NCBI GenBank assembly: GCA_041659225.1
Contig: JBAZYR010000004.1
Location: 9,867-73,866 of the forward strand
Length of the DNA: 64,000 nucleotides
Reading direction: 5' to 3'
From: Candidatus Staskawiczbacteria bacterium
Lineage (GTDB): Bacteria; Patescibacteriota; Minisyncoccia; Minisyncoccales; Staskawiczbacteraceae
Below, piece by piece: positions 9,379-19,623 of this stretch. Within the stretch, counting starts at the first letter, position 1. Every line of letters starts with the position of its first letter. The position numbers were made by a program, and so were the translations under genes. The notes beneath the pieces are model-generated. The model ran no database searches, was not told where the DNA came from, and worked only from the letters and a program-made list of their open reading frames with translations.

Positions 9379-10610
9379 ATTAAATCGCCTTCAAGACCCC
9401 AGGACAGGGCTTTGGTTATCTTTACCTGTACGAATTTACCGACTAAATCTTTCTTGCTGTCTATTTTTACGGTTTTGTAGTGCCAGGATTTACCGAGAAT
9501 AATTCCAGGCTTTTTTCTATCGATCAGAACCTCGACTTCCTTTCCTAAGAATTTTTTATTGTTCTCCAAACCAGTTTTTTTAAGAATCTCGTTCAAAACT
9601 TCCTTTCGGGATTTCTTTTCCTTTTTATCAACCGTATCCTTCATCTTTGAAGCCGAAGTACCAGACCGATGGGAGTATTCGGAGATATAGGCCATGTCAT
9701 ATTTTATTTCTTTGAAGAGTTTTGCGCTGTTGGAGAACTGTTTTTTTGTCTCTCCCGGGAAGCCAACGATTATATCCGTTGAAAGGGCAATATCGGGGAT
9801 AGCTTTCCTTACTTTTTTTATTGCATTTTTGTATTGGGCCACCGTATACGGCCTGTTCATTTGTTTCAGGATTTTATCGTCTCCAGCTTGGACAGGAAGG
9901 TTAAGGTAAGGAGATATTTTTTTCCCCTTAGCCATTGCAGTGATCAGTTCGTCAGAAAAATCTTTGGGGTGGGAGGATGTAAAACGTATCCAGAACTTTC
10001 CCGGTATATTATCGATCATTCTTAAAAGCTTTGGGAAACTAATTGCACCGTCTTTATATGAGTTTACATTTTGACCAAGTAGCCATATTTCCTTATAATC
10101 TCGGTTAATAAGATTTTTAATTTCGCAGATAATCTCTTCGGCTGGCCTGGAAACCTCCCGGCCGCGAATGGAGGGGACGACGCAATAAGAACAGAAGTTA
10201 TTGCACCCGGTCATTATCGGGATTATGGCGGAGAAGCTGCTTAGGTAATTCGGCACGATTTTTAGGTAATCTTTTTTTGCTACAGGTTTTTTCTTCAATA
10301 TTTTCGGCAAATTTACTATGTCTTTTATATCCACAATATAATCAAAAAGCTCAGCAAACTTTCTTTTATCTCTTTTCTGCACGCAACCAGTCAAAATGGT
10401 GCGTTTCCCCTTCATGTCCTTAAGCTTTTCAGATAAGCCGAAAACTCGGTCAACTGCCGATTGCCTGACCGAGCACATATTGATTACAACTAAATTAGCT
10501 CGTTCTATTTTGTCCGTTATTTTATACCCTATCGACTCTAAGACAGCGGAAATTCTTTCGGAATCCGACTGATTCATCTGGCAGCCGAAAGTAACAATGT
10601 AATAATTCAT
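9375..10610 (-). CDS. miaB: Radical SAM tRNA methylthiotransferase (MiaB-type)
   Basis: N-terminal FGCQMNQSDSE, radical SAM cluster CNNFCSYC, C-terminal TRAM-like tail. Operon with miaA. Confidence 0.85.
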   Translation of the reverse strand: MNYYIVTFGCQMNQSDSERISAVLESIGYKITDKIERANLVVINMCSVRQSAVDRVFGLSEKLKDMKGKRTILTGCVQKRDKRKFAELFDYIVDIKDIVNLPKILKKKPVAKKDYLKIVPNYLSSFSAIIPIMTGCNNFCSYCVVPSIRGREVSRPAEEIICEIKNLINRDYKEIWLLGQNVNSYKDGAISFPKLLRMIDNIPGKFWIRFTSSHPKDFSDELITAMAKGKKISPYLNLPVQAGDDKILKQMNRPYTVAQYKNAIKKVRKAIPDIALSTDIIVGFPGETKKQFSNSAKLFKEIKYDMAYISEYSHRSGTSASKMKDTVDKKEKKSRKEVLNEILKKTGLENNKKFLGKEVEVLIDRKKPGIILGKSWHYKTVKIDSKKDLVGKFVQVKITKALSWGLEGDLI

Positions 10611-10649
10611 AGGTTCTTTTTATCTTAAATTATGGCTTTGGGCAAGTTC

Positions 10650-10686
10650 TGGCACAAAACAAAACAGCTGTGATTTAAGCTGTTTT
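10650..10686 (-). terminator. Hairpin terminator after the 542-aa membrane protein gene
   Basis: AAAACAGC / GCTGTTTT stem. On the minus strand it is followed by a T-rich tract. Confidence 0.55.
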
Positions 10687-10697
10687 GCAGGATAAGT

Positions 10698-12326
10698 TTA
10701 ATGAATTTGATCCTTTTTCTCCTTTAGGAAGTATCTCCACTGCTCGATAAACTCCACGAAAATCATGAATGGCATATCGATCAGAATATTAAAAAGAGCG
10801 GAAATGATATTATACCTTTGCCATTTGGATGTGAGCCATTTTCCGACTTCAATAAGTGGCATGGCGAATAAATCAACAAGAAGATTAAAGAAGCTTTCCT
10901 TCTCGTCTATTATTTGCAGCTCCTTAGATCTTTGTCGTATCTTGGTTCCGGTAAAGGCAATCAACGAGATAAATACGATGAAGATTATAATCGACAGAAC
11001 AGAAAAGGTTAACGCGGTTAAAAGCCAGACGATAAAACCTATAGATAGGATAAAGGTGAGAAGATAAACGAGATCTATTATTGCCTTGATTCCCAGGTTC
11101 CTCTTTTTGCTCACGGCAGTTTTTATCTCATAGCAATCTTTCTTTTCCGTCTCGTGGATTATCTTCATGGCTTCAAAAATGACTCTCTCAAGGTTCTCCT
11201 GCCCGGGGACTCGTATTGTGTTTACCAAAAAGAACATAAGAATAGGCGGGGTTAGAATGTTTATTCCCAAGGAGAGATAATTAAACGAATTAAGATATTT
11301 ATCAACAGGGATTTCGATTCCCATGGCAAAAACTATTTTCGTGATAAAAATGGAGATTGTGGCATATATGGCCGCCCGGCCGATTCTCTTTTTCAGGGTT
11401 TTTACCCTTGCCGCATAGGCTTCGCGAATTGATTCCTCCAGAACCTCAGGCTTCGAGAATTTCTCTTCAACCCCTAAAGGTTCTGAAGACATGACATCGC
11501 CCAATAATAAATAAGGGGTGTCGTATTTTTCGCAAATCTGGTAGAACTTGTCGGCAAGCGGGTGATTGATATTTCTCTCAATCCTCGTTCTCGTCGTGAG
11601 CATGTCTTTTGATATCATGGAGAGATCCTTGTGGCCGATAGTCCGCCAATCAGGATATTTGTATTTCAAAAGATGATATCCGATTACCGGCGCGTCCAGC
11701 TTGAAAAGAGCCCGATTAACAGCAATAAATATTTGGACATTCTTTTCCTCTTCTTTCATGGGCTTTAAGGCAAGGACCCCTTCGTTCAGCATGATGCATT
11801 CCTTCATCGACTCAAACATATATTCTATCAGCGCCCTTTCTTTATACGACGAACTAAGCGATTCCTCGACTTCGCAAGAAGCTATGCCCAAAAGCCAGTT
11901 GTAAAAGTTTAGTGCTTCCTGCCCATTTTCAGCTTGCGGGGTATTTTTAAGAATAAATATATACTTATCAATTATTTTTTGTACTTCAGTTATTTTTGTT
12001 TCAGCAATTTTATCGTTAGGATAATGCCCCCCCCGGATCAACTCAAAAACTAAGGGTTCAGCAATACTCTCGCGCGTCGATTCGTCCTTTGCAAGGTCTA
12101 TGCCCATCAAAACACGCCTTTTGAGAATTCGTTCAATAGCATTTCTTTTTAAAAGATGTTCCTCTCTCCAATCAATAATCCCCCTTATCTTTTCATAAAA
12201 AGCGGCGACTTTCGCCGCCACTTCATCCACGTGTATTGTTGGTGTGTCTCCAGTTAAATTAAGAGATTCTTCGCCTGCTTTGTAATGGCCGATAAGTTTT
12301 TTAGTCGCTTGAGATAATTGAGCCAT
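10698..12326 (-). CDS. Hypothetical membrane protein, 542 aa
   Basis: Long ORF with a soluble N-terminal half and several C-terminal TM helices. No family recognised. Confidence 0.6.
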   Translation of the reverse strand: MAQLSQATKKLIGHYKAGEESLNLTGDTPTIHVDEVAAKVAAFYEKIRGIIDWREEHLLKRNAIERILKRRVLMGIDLAKDESTRESIAEPLVFELIRGGHYPNDKIAETKITEVQKIIDKYIFILKNTPQAENGQEALNFYNWLLGIASCEVEESLSSSYKERALIEYMFESMKECIMLNEGVLALKPMKEEEKNVQIFIAVNRALFKLDAPVIGYHLLKYKYPDWRTIGHKDLSMISKDMLTTRTRIERNINHPLADKFYQICEKYDTPYLLLGDVMSSEPLGVEEKFSKPEVLEESIREAYAARVKTLKKRIGRAAIYATISIFITKIVFAMGIEIPVDKYLNSFNYLSLGINILTPPILMFFLVNTIRVPGQENLERVIFEAMKIIHETEKKDCYEIKTAVSKKRNLGIKAIIDLVYLLTFILSIGFIVWLLTALTFSVLSIIIFIVFISLIAFTGTKIRQRSKELQIIDEKESFFNLLVDLFAMPLIEVGKWLTSKWQRYNIISALFNILIDMPFMIFVEFIEQWRYFLKEKKDQIH

Positions 12327-12347
12327 AAATTTTATTCTTAAAGATGA

Positions 12348-14078
12348 CTATTTTTTATCTTTTATCTCTTTTTTGACTTGTTCGATGAATTCATTAGTTT
12401 TCAGCATTCCAATATTCCCTTTCTTCCTTTCTCGGACAGCTACGGAATCTGCGCCCATCTCTTTATCGCCGATGACCAAAAGATAGGGGACTTTTTGTAT
12501 TTCTCCTTCGCGGATCTTTTTTGACATGGTGTCGTTTTCGTCTCGCAGTTCAACGCGTATCTCATTAGATTTTAATTGGTCGAAAACCTTCTGAGCATAT
12601 GCCTTGTGGTTGTCTCCGATGGGAATAATCCAAACTTGGGTAGGGGACAACCAAAGGGGGAAGGCCCCTGCGTAGTGTTCAATTAAAATGCCGAAAAATC
12701 TTTCAGGGGAGCCGACTATCGCCCGGTGTATCATGACCGGGGTTTTCTCTTTACCGTCGGAATCAATATATTTTAATCCGAAACGCTGAGGCATTATAAA
12801 ATCTAGTTGGATAGTCGATATCTGCCAATCTCTGTTTAATGAATCTTTAGAAATTAAATCCATCTTCGGGCCGTACATAGCAGCTTCGCCTACGGCTTCA
12901 AAATATTCTATTTTGTTTTTTACCAAAATATCCCGAAGCAGATTTTGAGATTTTTCCCATATTTTTTTATCGCCTAGAAATTTTTCTGGATGCGCAGGAT
13001 CCCACAAAGACAACCTGATTCGGTAATTCATCTGATAAGTTTTCATAGCTTTTTCGATTGCGGACAAAACAGCCTTGAATTCGTCCTGGATTTGGTTTTC
13101 CGTGCAGAAGCAATGTCCGTCGTCCTGGCAGAATCCACGCAGCCGGGTTAGCCCAGAGAGTTCCCCTGTTTTTTCGTCTCTATGCAGGTTGCAGAAATCA
13201 GCAATCCGGATAGGCAAGTCCTTATAGCTCCTCATTTGTGAAGCATATATCTGGGTATGTTGAGGGCAGTTCATCGGTTTTAAGTAATACTCCTCTTTAG
13301 TATAGTGGGAGATAACCCTAAACATGTCGTCCTTAAACTTTTCGTAGTGGCCGGAAATTTTAAAAAGCTCAGCCCGGTTCATACTGGGGGTTTGCACCTC
13401 TTGATAGCCGATTTCCTTCTGGAGCTGGTTGGAGTAATTTTTTATTTCCCGTAAGATTGTCGCTCCCTTGAACGTGTATAGCGGAAGACCAGCACCGACG
13501 AGGTCGGAGAAAACGAACAGGTCGAGTTTTTGTCCAAGTAGGCGATGGTCTCTTTTCTCTGCTTCCAAGAGATCGTTTAAGTGCTGGTCCAATTCTTTTT
13601 TAGTTAAAAACGCCAAAGCATAAATGCGAGTCAACATTTTATTCTTTTCATCGCCCCTCCAGTAAGCGCCCGCGATTTTGGTAAGTTTGAAGGAATCCGG
13701 ATTTATTTCCTTTGTTGACTTAACATGTGGACCCTTGCACAAATCAATAAAGTCACCGCTTTCATATGTTGTGGCTTCTTTTCCCTTCAGTTCTCGAAGA
13801 AGTTCGAGTTTATATGGCTGTTTGGCAAACAGCTTCTTTGCTTTTATTTTTGTAACCTTGCTTTTATTAAATTTAATATCCTGCGCGAGAAGTTCTCGCA
13901 TTCTAGCTTCTATTTTAGCTAGGGATTCGGGTCTTAAAGGTTTGGAGAATTCAAAATCATAGTAAAAACCATTCTCTATTGCAGGGCCTATGCCGAGCTT
14001 TACGCTGGGATACAGTTCCTGGACGGCCGAAGCCATTATGTGAGATAAAGAATGGCGGATAGTTTCGATATTGTTCAT
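12348..14078 (-). CDS. thrS: Threonyl-tRNA synthetase
   Basis: Class II motifs, HRAIVGSPERF, C-terminal anticodon-binding domain. 576 aa. Confidence 0.95.
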   Translation of the reverse strand: MNNIETIRHSLSHIMASAVQELYPSVKLGIGPAIENGFYYDFEFSKPLRPESLAKIEARMRELLAQDIKFNKSKVTKIKAKKLFAKQPYKLELLRELKGKEATTYESGDFIDLCKGPHVKSTKEINPDSFKLTKIAGAYWRGDEKNKMLTRIYALAFLTKKELDQHLNDLLEAEKRDHRLLGQKLDLFVFSDLVGAGLPLYTFKGATILREIKNYSNQLQKEIGYQEVQTPSMNRAELFKISGHYEKFKDDMFRVISHYTKEEYYLKPMNCPQHTQIYASQMRSYKDLPIRIADFCNLHRDEKTGELSGLTRLRGFCQDDGHCFCTENQIQDEFKAVLSAIEKAMKTYQMNYRIRLSLWDPAHPEKFLGDKKIWEKSQNLLRDILVKNKIEYFEAVGEAAMYGPKMDLISKDSLNRDWQISTIQLDFIMPQRFGLKYIDSDGKEKTPVMIHRAIVGSPERFFGILIEHYAGAFPLWLSPTQVWIIPIGDNHKAYAQKVFDQLKSNEIRVELRDENDTMSKKIREGEIQKVPYLLVIGDKEMGADSVAVRERKKGNIGMLKTNEFIEQVKKEIKDKK

Positions 14079-14079
14079 T

Positions 14080-17000
14080 TTATGATACGTTAATAATTTC
14101 TTCGATATCGTCAGCTATAATCTTTATTTCCCCATCCCTGTCGTCAACTTTACCCTTTACGAAAACTATCTTATTCTCCATCAAAGCATCTTGGTTTTTG
14201 TCCATTACTTTTGGGAAAACTACCACCTCTACCTTGTTAGTCAAATCCTCAAGGTTTAAGAACATCATGGGCTTTCCCGTACGAGTGATGATCTTTTTAA
14301 CGGTTGAGATTATTCCTCCGATCTTTACCAGTTTTCCAACCACATCAATATTAAGGCCGCTAAGGGGATAAGTTCTTTTTTCCAGAATGTTTTTAAAGCC
14401 GTCTAATGGATGGGCCGAGACATACAGCCCCAAAAGTTCCTTTTCCCAGTTCAATTGGTCGGTTAAAGAGATTGCTTGAGCGGTTTTCAGCTCCAAGTGC
14501 AGGGGATTATATGTAGGGTGATTGGCAAACAGAGTTTTTTGGTTATTGTTGGCATTTTTCTTTATTTCCCTGTTCGCCTCAATAATGTCCTCTATATTAT
14601 ATAGTAGCTTATTCCTTTCCTCTAATCTATCAAAAACGCCGGCTTTTATCAAACTCTCCAAGGATTTTTTATTCAAGGTTTTTGAATTGATGCGGCAGAT
14701 AAAGTCGTGTATAGATTTGAAGGGTCCGGCCTCTTTCCTTTCTACAATAATTGCTTCAACTATATTTTCTCCAACATTCTTAATAGCCAGCAATCCAAAG
14801 CGGATTTTATTCTCATTAGGCACTACGGAGAAGTTTCTAAAGCTCTCGTTCACATCAGGGGCTAGTACTGTGAGTCCCATTTTTTTGCATTCTTTTATCA
14901 AAACTGCAATCCTCTCAATATCTGCTTTTTCCGATGTCAGCAATGAAGCCATAAATTCAGAAGGATAGTGGGATTTTAAATAGGCAGTCTGGCAGGCGAT
15001 TGTAGCATAAGCCACAGAATGGGATTTGTTGAAACCATATTCAGCGAAAGGAAGTATCCACTGCCATATCTTATCAGCGTCTTCTTTTTTCATTCCGTTT
15101 TTAGTGCAGCCGGTAATAAATTTCTCTTCTTGGTCGCGGAGCAAGTCTTTTATCTTTTTTCCGACTGCTTTTCTCAACACATCAGCTTCAGACAACGAGA
15201 ATCCGGCGAGATGCTGGGCAATTTGCATTAATTGCTCCTGGTACACGCAAATGCCATATGTAGATTCTAATATCGGCTGGAGCTTAGGGTGTAAGTATTC
15301 AATTTTTTTCTTTTTGTGTTTGCCTTTGATAAAGTCAGGAATGAATTGCATTGGTCCTGGCCTATAGAGCGCAACCATAGCGACAATATCTTCAAAAGTC
15401 GTGGGCCTTAAGTCCTTTAAATATCTTTTAAGTCCATCGCTTTCGAGTTGGAATACGCCTGTTGTATTCGCTTCTTGGAGAAGCTTGTAGGTCTCTGCGT
15501 CGTCAAAAGGAATGTCGTCTATCTGTATGGATTTTTTATGGATTTCATAAATCCTGGCAAGGCAGTCTTCTATTATAGTAAGGTTTTTTAGGCCAAGGAG
15601 GTCCATTTTCAACAGTCCTAAATCTTCAATGGCGTGCATCTCATATTGGGTTACGATGCTATCGTCATTCTGCGTTGGTCTTTGAAGCGGAACATAGTCA
15701 GTCAACGTTGTATCAGATATCACGACTCCGCAGGCATGAGTTGAGGCATGGCGGGCGACACCCTCAAGTTTTCCGCCGAGGTCAATTAATCTTTTTGCCT
15801 GTTCGTCGCTTTCGTAAAGTTCTTTGAATTCCTGGACTCCTTCAAGGGTCTCCTTCAGAGTCATTCCGAAGGGAATCATTTTTGCTATCCTGTCGCAATA
15901 GTTGTAGGGAATTGATAAAGCTCTGCCAACGTCGCGGATAACCGCTCGGGCAGCCATTGTTCCAAAAGTAATAATCTGGGCTACGTGGTCCTTGCCATAT
16001 CTCTCCCCGACATAGTTAATAACCTCATCTCTCCGTCTGTCGGTAAAATCAAGATCAATATCTGGCATAGATATTCTCTCAGGATTCAAAAACCTTTCGA
16101 ACAGAAGATCGTTCTTGATCGGGTCAACATTCGTAATGTTCGTTAAATACGCAACTATTGACCCGCCGGCGCTTCCACGGCCAGGCCCCACAACTATCCG
16201 ATTTGATTTAGCCCAGTTAACAAAATCTTGGACAATTAAAAAATAGCCGGAAAATCCAGTCTTTTTTATTACAGAAAGTTCATATTGCAATCGTTCTAAT
16301 ATTTTTTTATCCGGGTTTTCGCCATATCTTTTCGGCAACCCTTTTTTGCAAAGTTCTTCAAGGAATTGTTCAGCTGTTTTTTCGTCGGGAACCGGGAAAA
16401 GAGGAAGTTTTGTTTTGCCCAATTCAAAATCAAAGTTGCACAGGTCCGCGATCTTTTGGGTGTTTTCTATGGCTTCAGGGACGTGGCTGAAGAGCTCAGC
16501 CATTTTTTCCGGAGACCTCATGGAGAAGTCTTCGTTTTTCATGGTCAACCTTTCCGGGTCGTTTATATCCGCGCCGGTATTAATTAACATCAAGATATCC
16601 TGGACCTCGTTATCCTCGGGCCTCAAATAATGTATGTCGTTTGTTGCTACCAAAGGAATATCCAGTTCTTTTGCGATATCAATTATAACCTTATTCACCC
16701 TTTCCTGTTCTGGAATATTCGCATGATGCTGAAGCTCGAGATAAAAGTTGCCTTTTCCAAAGATTTCTTTGTACCTCCCGGCTTGATCCTTAGCTTCTTG
16801 CATCTTGTTGGCTAAAATCAAGCGCGGTATTTTTCCTTGCAGGCAGGCTGAAAGACAGATAAGCCCTTCTGAATGTTTGGTCAGCAATGCTTCGTCAATC
16901 CTGGGTTTGTAATAGAATCCTTCTAAGTGGGCTTTAGTAACAAGCTTTACCAAATTCTTGTATCCTGCCGCGTTTTTGACTAATAGTATCAAGTGGTATC

Positions 17001-17256
17001 TTTTGTCGTCGATGTTAAGTCTGCGTTGGTCCATTCCTTCAAAGGCCTGATACATTTCGCATCCGATTATTGGTTTTATTCCTTTCTTTTTGCACGTTTT
17101 GTAGAATTCAACTGCGCCGTACAAAACCCCGTGGTCGGTTAAAGCCACAGAATCCATTCCGGATTGTTTTACGTAGTCTACCAGTTCATTGATCTTCGGC
17201 AGGCCGTCTAATAAACTGTAGTGGGAGTGGACGTGTAGGTGGGCGAATTTTGACAT
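14080..17256 (-). CDS. dnaE: DNA polymerase III alpha subunit
   Basis: PHP domain HLHVHSHYSLLDG, PDIDLDF catalytic motif. 1058 aa. Confidence 0.96.
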   Translation of the reverse strand: MSKFAHLHVHSHYSLLDGLPKINELVDYVKQSGMDSVALTDHGVLYGAVEFYKTCKKKGIKPIIGCEMYQAFEGMDQRRLNIDDKRYHLILLVKNAAGYKNLVKLVTKAHLEGFYYKPRIDEALLTKHSEGLICLSACLQGKIPRLILANKMQEAKDQAGRYKEIFGKGNFYLELQHHANIPEQERVNKVIIDIAKELDIPLVATNDIHYLRPEDNEVQDILMLINTGADINDPERLTMKNEDFSMRSPEKMAELFSHVPEAIENTQKIADLCNFDFELGKTKLPLFPVPDEKTAEQFLEELCKKGLPKRYGENPDKKILERLQYELSVIKKTGFSGYFLIVQDFVNWAKSNRIVVGPGRGSAGGSIVAYLTNITNVDPIKNDLLFERFLNPERISMPDIDLDFTDRRRDEVINYVGERYGKDHVAQIITFGTMAARAVIRDVGRALSIPYNYCDRIAKMIPFGMTLKETLEGVQEFKELYESDEQAKRLIDLGGKLEGVARHASTHACGVVISDTTLTDYVPLQRPTQNDDSIVTQYEMHAIEDLGLLKMDLLGLKNLTIIEDCLARIYEIHKKSIQIDDIPFDDAETYKLLQEANTTGVFQLESDGLKRYLKDLRPTTFEDIVAMVALYRPGPMQFIPDFIKGKHKKKKIEYLHPKLQPILESTYGICVYQEQLMQIAQHLAGFSLSEADVLRKAVGKKIKDLLRDQEEKFITGCTKNGMKKEDADKIWQWILPFAEYGFNKSHSVAYATIACQTAYLKSHYPSEFMASLLTSEKADIERIAVLIKECKKMGLTVLAPDVNESFRNFSVVPNENKIRFGLLAIKNVGENIVEAIIVERKEAGPFKSIHDFICRINSKTLNKKSLESLIKAGVFDRLEERNKLLYNIEDIIEANREIKKNANNNQKTLFANHPTYNPLHLELKTAQAISLTDQLNWEKELLGLYVSAHPLDGFKNILEKRTYPLSGLNIDVVGKLVKIGGIISTVKKIITRTGKPMMFLNLEDLTNKVEVVVFPKVMDKNQDALMENKIVFVKGKVDDRDGEIKIIADDIEEIINVS

Positions 17257-17293
17257 ATGAATATTATCCCATTTTACGTGTTAAGATAGCATA

Positions 17294-17923
17294 ATGCAAT
17301 ATCCAAATTTTAATGAAGAACGAAAACTGCAGGGCAGGGGATTCGGAAACGTCGCCGGTTTGGACGAGGCCGGCCGAGGGCCGTTAGCCGGCCCCGTTGT
17401 GGCCGCTGCAGTTATTGTTAGGAGCAAAAGATCGGAGATATTCAAAATAGGGGTCCGAGATTCGAAAAAACTTTCTGCTCGCCAGAGAGATAAGCTATTT
17501 AGTATTTTGACAAGCCATAGCCAAGTTAGTTGGGGAGTGGGCATAGTTTCAGAAAAAGTAATAGATAAGATAAACATTTTGCAGGCAACGAAGCTAGCAA
17601 TGCAAAAAGCGGTTGATGTATTAAAAAAGAAAATATCTAAAGTAGACTTTTTAATACTCGACGGAAATTTTAGCATCGTTTCTCCAATCCCGCAAAGATC
17701 AATTATTAAAGCTGATATAAAGGTTTTTTCCTGCGCAGCCGCGAGCGTGATAGCCAAAGTTACCCGAGATAGGATCATGATCAAATACGACAAAAAATAT
17801 CCGGGATACGGATTTGCAAAGCATAAAGGGTATCCAACGTTAAAACACAGGGAGGCTATAAAAAGAATTGGGCCTTGTCATATCCACAGGAAATCATTTT
17901 TTGGTGTAAAAGAAAAGCCCTGA
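17294..17923 (+). CDS. rnhB: Ribonuclease HII
   Basis: GLDEAGRGPLAGPVVAAAV active-site motif. 209 aa. Confidence 0.9.
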   Translation: MQYPNFNEERKLQGRGFGNVAGLDEAGRGPLAGPVVAAAVIVRSKRSEIFKIGVRDSKKLSARQRDKLFSILTSHSQVSWGVGIVSEKVIDKINILQATKLAMQKAVDVLKKKISKVDFLILDGNFSIVSPIPQRSIIKADIKVFSCAAASVIAKVTRDRIMIKYDKKYPGYGFAKHKGYPTLKHREAIKRIGPCHIHRKSFFGVKEKP

Positions 17924-17976
17924 GTAGGTTTGGGACCTATCCAGGGCGGTAAAGCGCAAAAGTATCTTGTGTTCTG

Positions 17977-19347
17977 TTATCGGCTAACGACTGCGTCAGC
18001 CGGTTTGTTTGTGCTCGCAGCAACCTTTGGGGTCGCTGTGATATTAGGAGGTGCCTTGAGGCAATATGAGAAATTCATTGGAGCCTGACAGAGCTCGTTC
18101 ACCTTTCCGTCGTTCCAGACAAGAAGTGTTCTATTCCGGAAGAGGAAGGTCTTTTCAGCAATCCAGCGGAACTGGTCGCCTATAACTCCGGTCGCTATCG
18201 TTTTCTGTTGGACCTGAATCATGTTATTCAAGGGAATGTAGGGCCAATGTCGCGGCCCAACGTTGTCGCAGTTTGGCTTGTATTCACGTCCAATGTCGCT
18301 CGCCTCTATCCCTCGAAGGATTTCTTGGCTGCTGAATGAAACAACCATTCCTCCGGTGAGACAGGCAAGGGAACCGTCTTTTCCCCAATCCAGGCCATCG
18401 CATGTTTTGAGCAAAATAGGGATTTCCCAGATTCCTGGTTTGGTTCCTGGAACAAATCGGGTCGCAGGGATAGGTGCTCCGCGTTTGAATGACGCAATCG
18501 GCAAAGAAGTTGGGTCGCGGATTTCAATCGGACCCCAACCTATTTCGCTTTGATAGATGAACGCAATCAGCGGTCTGCCGGAAAGGTTTTTTGACCAGGT
18601 AGGAAAGCGGGCATTTCTCTTGATAGAGAACATTCGATGTACATCGCGTTCAGCCGCATATATTCCGCTTATCTTTAGCGACTGAGTTGTCCGGTGTTTC
18701 AGAAGGATCAGCTCCGCCGTGGGCTGCATTTGGAGATCCTGCCAGGTAGCTCGGATGGGGAAGGTTGGCGGGATATATGCTGTGTTCCCGTACACTTCCG
18801 GCACCCCTTTGTTACCTGGGCTTGGCATCACCACAATGGCATTGCAGAAGTCCGGCGCTACGGCGTAAAAAGGATATGCAGCGAAGTTCGTCGGCGTGCC
18901 GTTTACGTTCTGGTCCAATCCCGCGCCTTCTTCCATTAAAACCCATTTGATGTCGTATCGGGTCGTTTCGAAGGAAATCCATCGTCCATCAGAGGACACG
19001 TTCAGATTTCTCGTGTCTGCCGGTGGAGAAGAAGCGGCTGAGCCCTTCTTCGCGGTTGGTTTTCCTCGCTCATACGTCGTGTAGCTGGCCTCTCCGTCGG
19101 GGAGGACTTTCTTCCAAAGTTTGGATCTGTCGGACCAGAATAATGTTGAGCCGTCAACTGAGACCGCCACGGCTTCTTTGATTTGCGTGGCTTTGGTTCC
19201 AGTAGCCAGGCTCGCTTTATTCCCAGTGAAATCCTGGAAAAAAGCATTCTTCCCGTCCGAGTAGATAATTCCGCCCGTGAGGTCCTGGGCCTTTGCGGAC
19301 ATGGCGATTGACAGGAACGTCATCGCGATCACTAGGATTGATCTCAT
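17977..19347 (-). CDS. Hypothetical secreted protein, 456 aa (GC-richer islet)
   Basis: Signal peptide MRSILVIAMTFLSIAMSAKA. GGAGGTGA 3 nt before the ATG. A sample line counts 31/60 GC. Confidence 0.6.
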   Translation of the reverse strand: MRSILVIAMTFLSIAMSAKAQDLTGGIIYSDGKNAFFQDFTGNKASLATGTKATQIKEAVAVSVDGSTLFWSDRSKLWKKVLPDGEASYTTYERGKPTAKKGSAASSPPADTRNLNVSSDGRWISFETTRYDIKWVLMEEGAGLDQNVNGTPTNFAAYPFYAVAPDFCNAIVVMPSPGNKGVPEVYGNTAYIPPTFPIRATWQDLQMQPTAELILLKHRTTQSLKISGIYAAERDVHRMFSIKRNARFPTWSKNLSGRPLIAFIYQSEIGWGPIEIRDPTSLPIASFKRGAPIPATRFVPGTKPGIWEIPILLKTCDGLDWGKDGSLACLTGGMVVSFSSQEILRGIEASDIGREYKPNCDNVGPRHWPYIPLNNMIQVQQKTIATGVIGDQFRWIAEKTFLFRNRTLLVWNDGKVNELCQAPMNFSYCLKAPPNITATPKVAASTNKPADAVVSR

Positions 19348-19422
19348 CGGTCACCTCCATATATTTTGTCAAGGAGACTCTTGCGTTTTGACCCTCCACA
19401 TTAGAGGGGTGTGCTACCTATT

Positions 19423-19431
19423 ATTATACCA
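19423..19431 (-). promoter_or_regulatory. Extended -10 promoter element (TGGTATAAT) for the 456-aa secreted protein gene
   Basis: Reverse complement of attatacca. About 75 nt upstream of the ATG at 19347. Confidence 0.4.
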
Positions 19432-19458
19432 AAAAAGAAATAAAAGTAAAGGTCAATA

Positions 19459-19612
19459 AGTTATCCACACCCTGTATATTTTCCATCAATATTTTAATTG
19501 TGCTACAATAATTTAATAAAAAGTAACGTGTACGTATTTAAAAAGAAGAAATATAGTTATCCACAGCCCACATATATTTTAATTGTGCTACAATAATTGA
19601 ATAAAAAGTAAC
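19459..19612 (+). repeat. Imperfect tandem duplication (~96-nt offset) of a unit made of TTATCCACA plus an extended -10 promoter TGCTACAAT
   Basis: TTATCCACA at 19461-19469 and 19557-19565. ATTTTAATTGTGCTACAATAATT(T/G)AATAAAAAGTAAC at 19491-19527 and 19576-19612. Confidence 0.8.
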
Positions 19613-19623
19613 TAAATATATAT

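Noticed and set aside
17281-17793. 170-aa minus-strand ORF.
   Set aside because: It is antisense to the well-supported rnhB gene, and its product is low-complexity.
19461-19565. Two perfect DnaA boxes as a possible replication origin.
   Set aside because: There are only two boxes. They sit within a duplicated promoter cassette between divergent accessory genes, with no dnaA or dnaN nearby and no AT-rich unwinding repeats. A regulatory role is more plausible.
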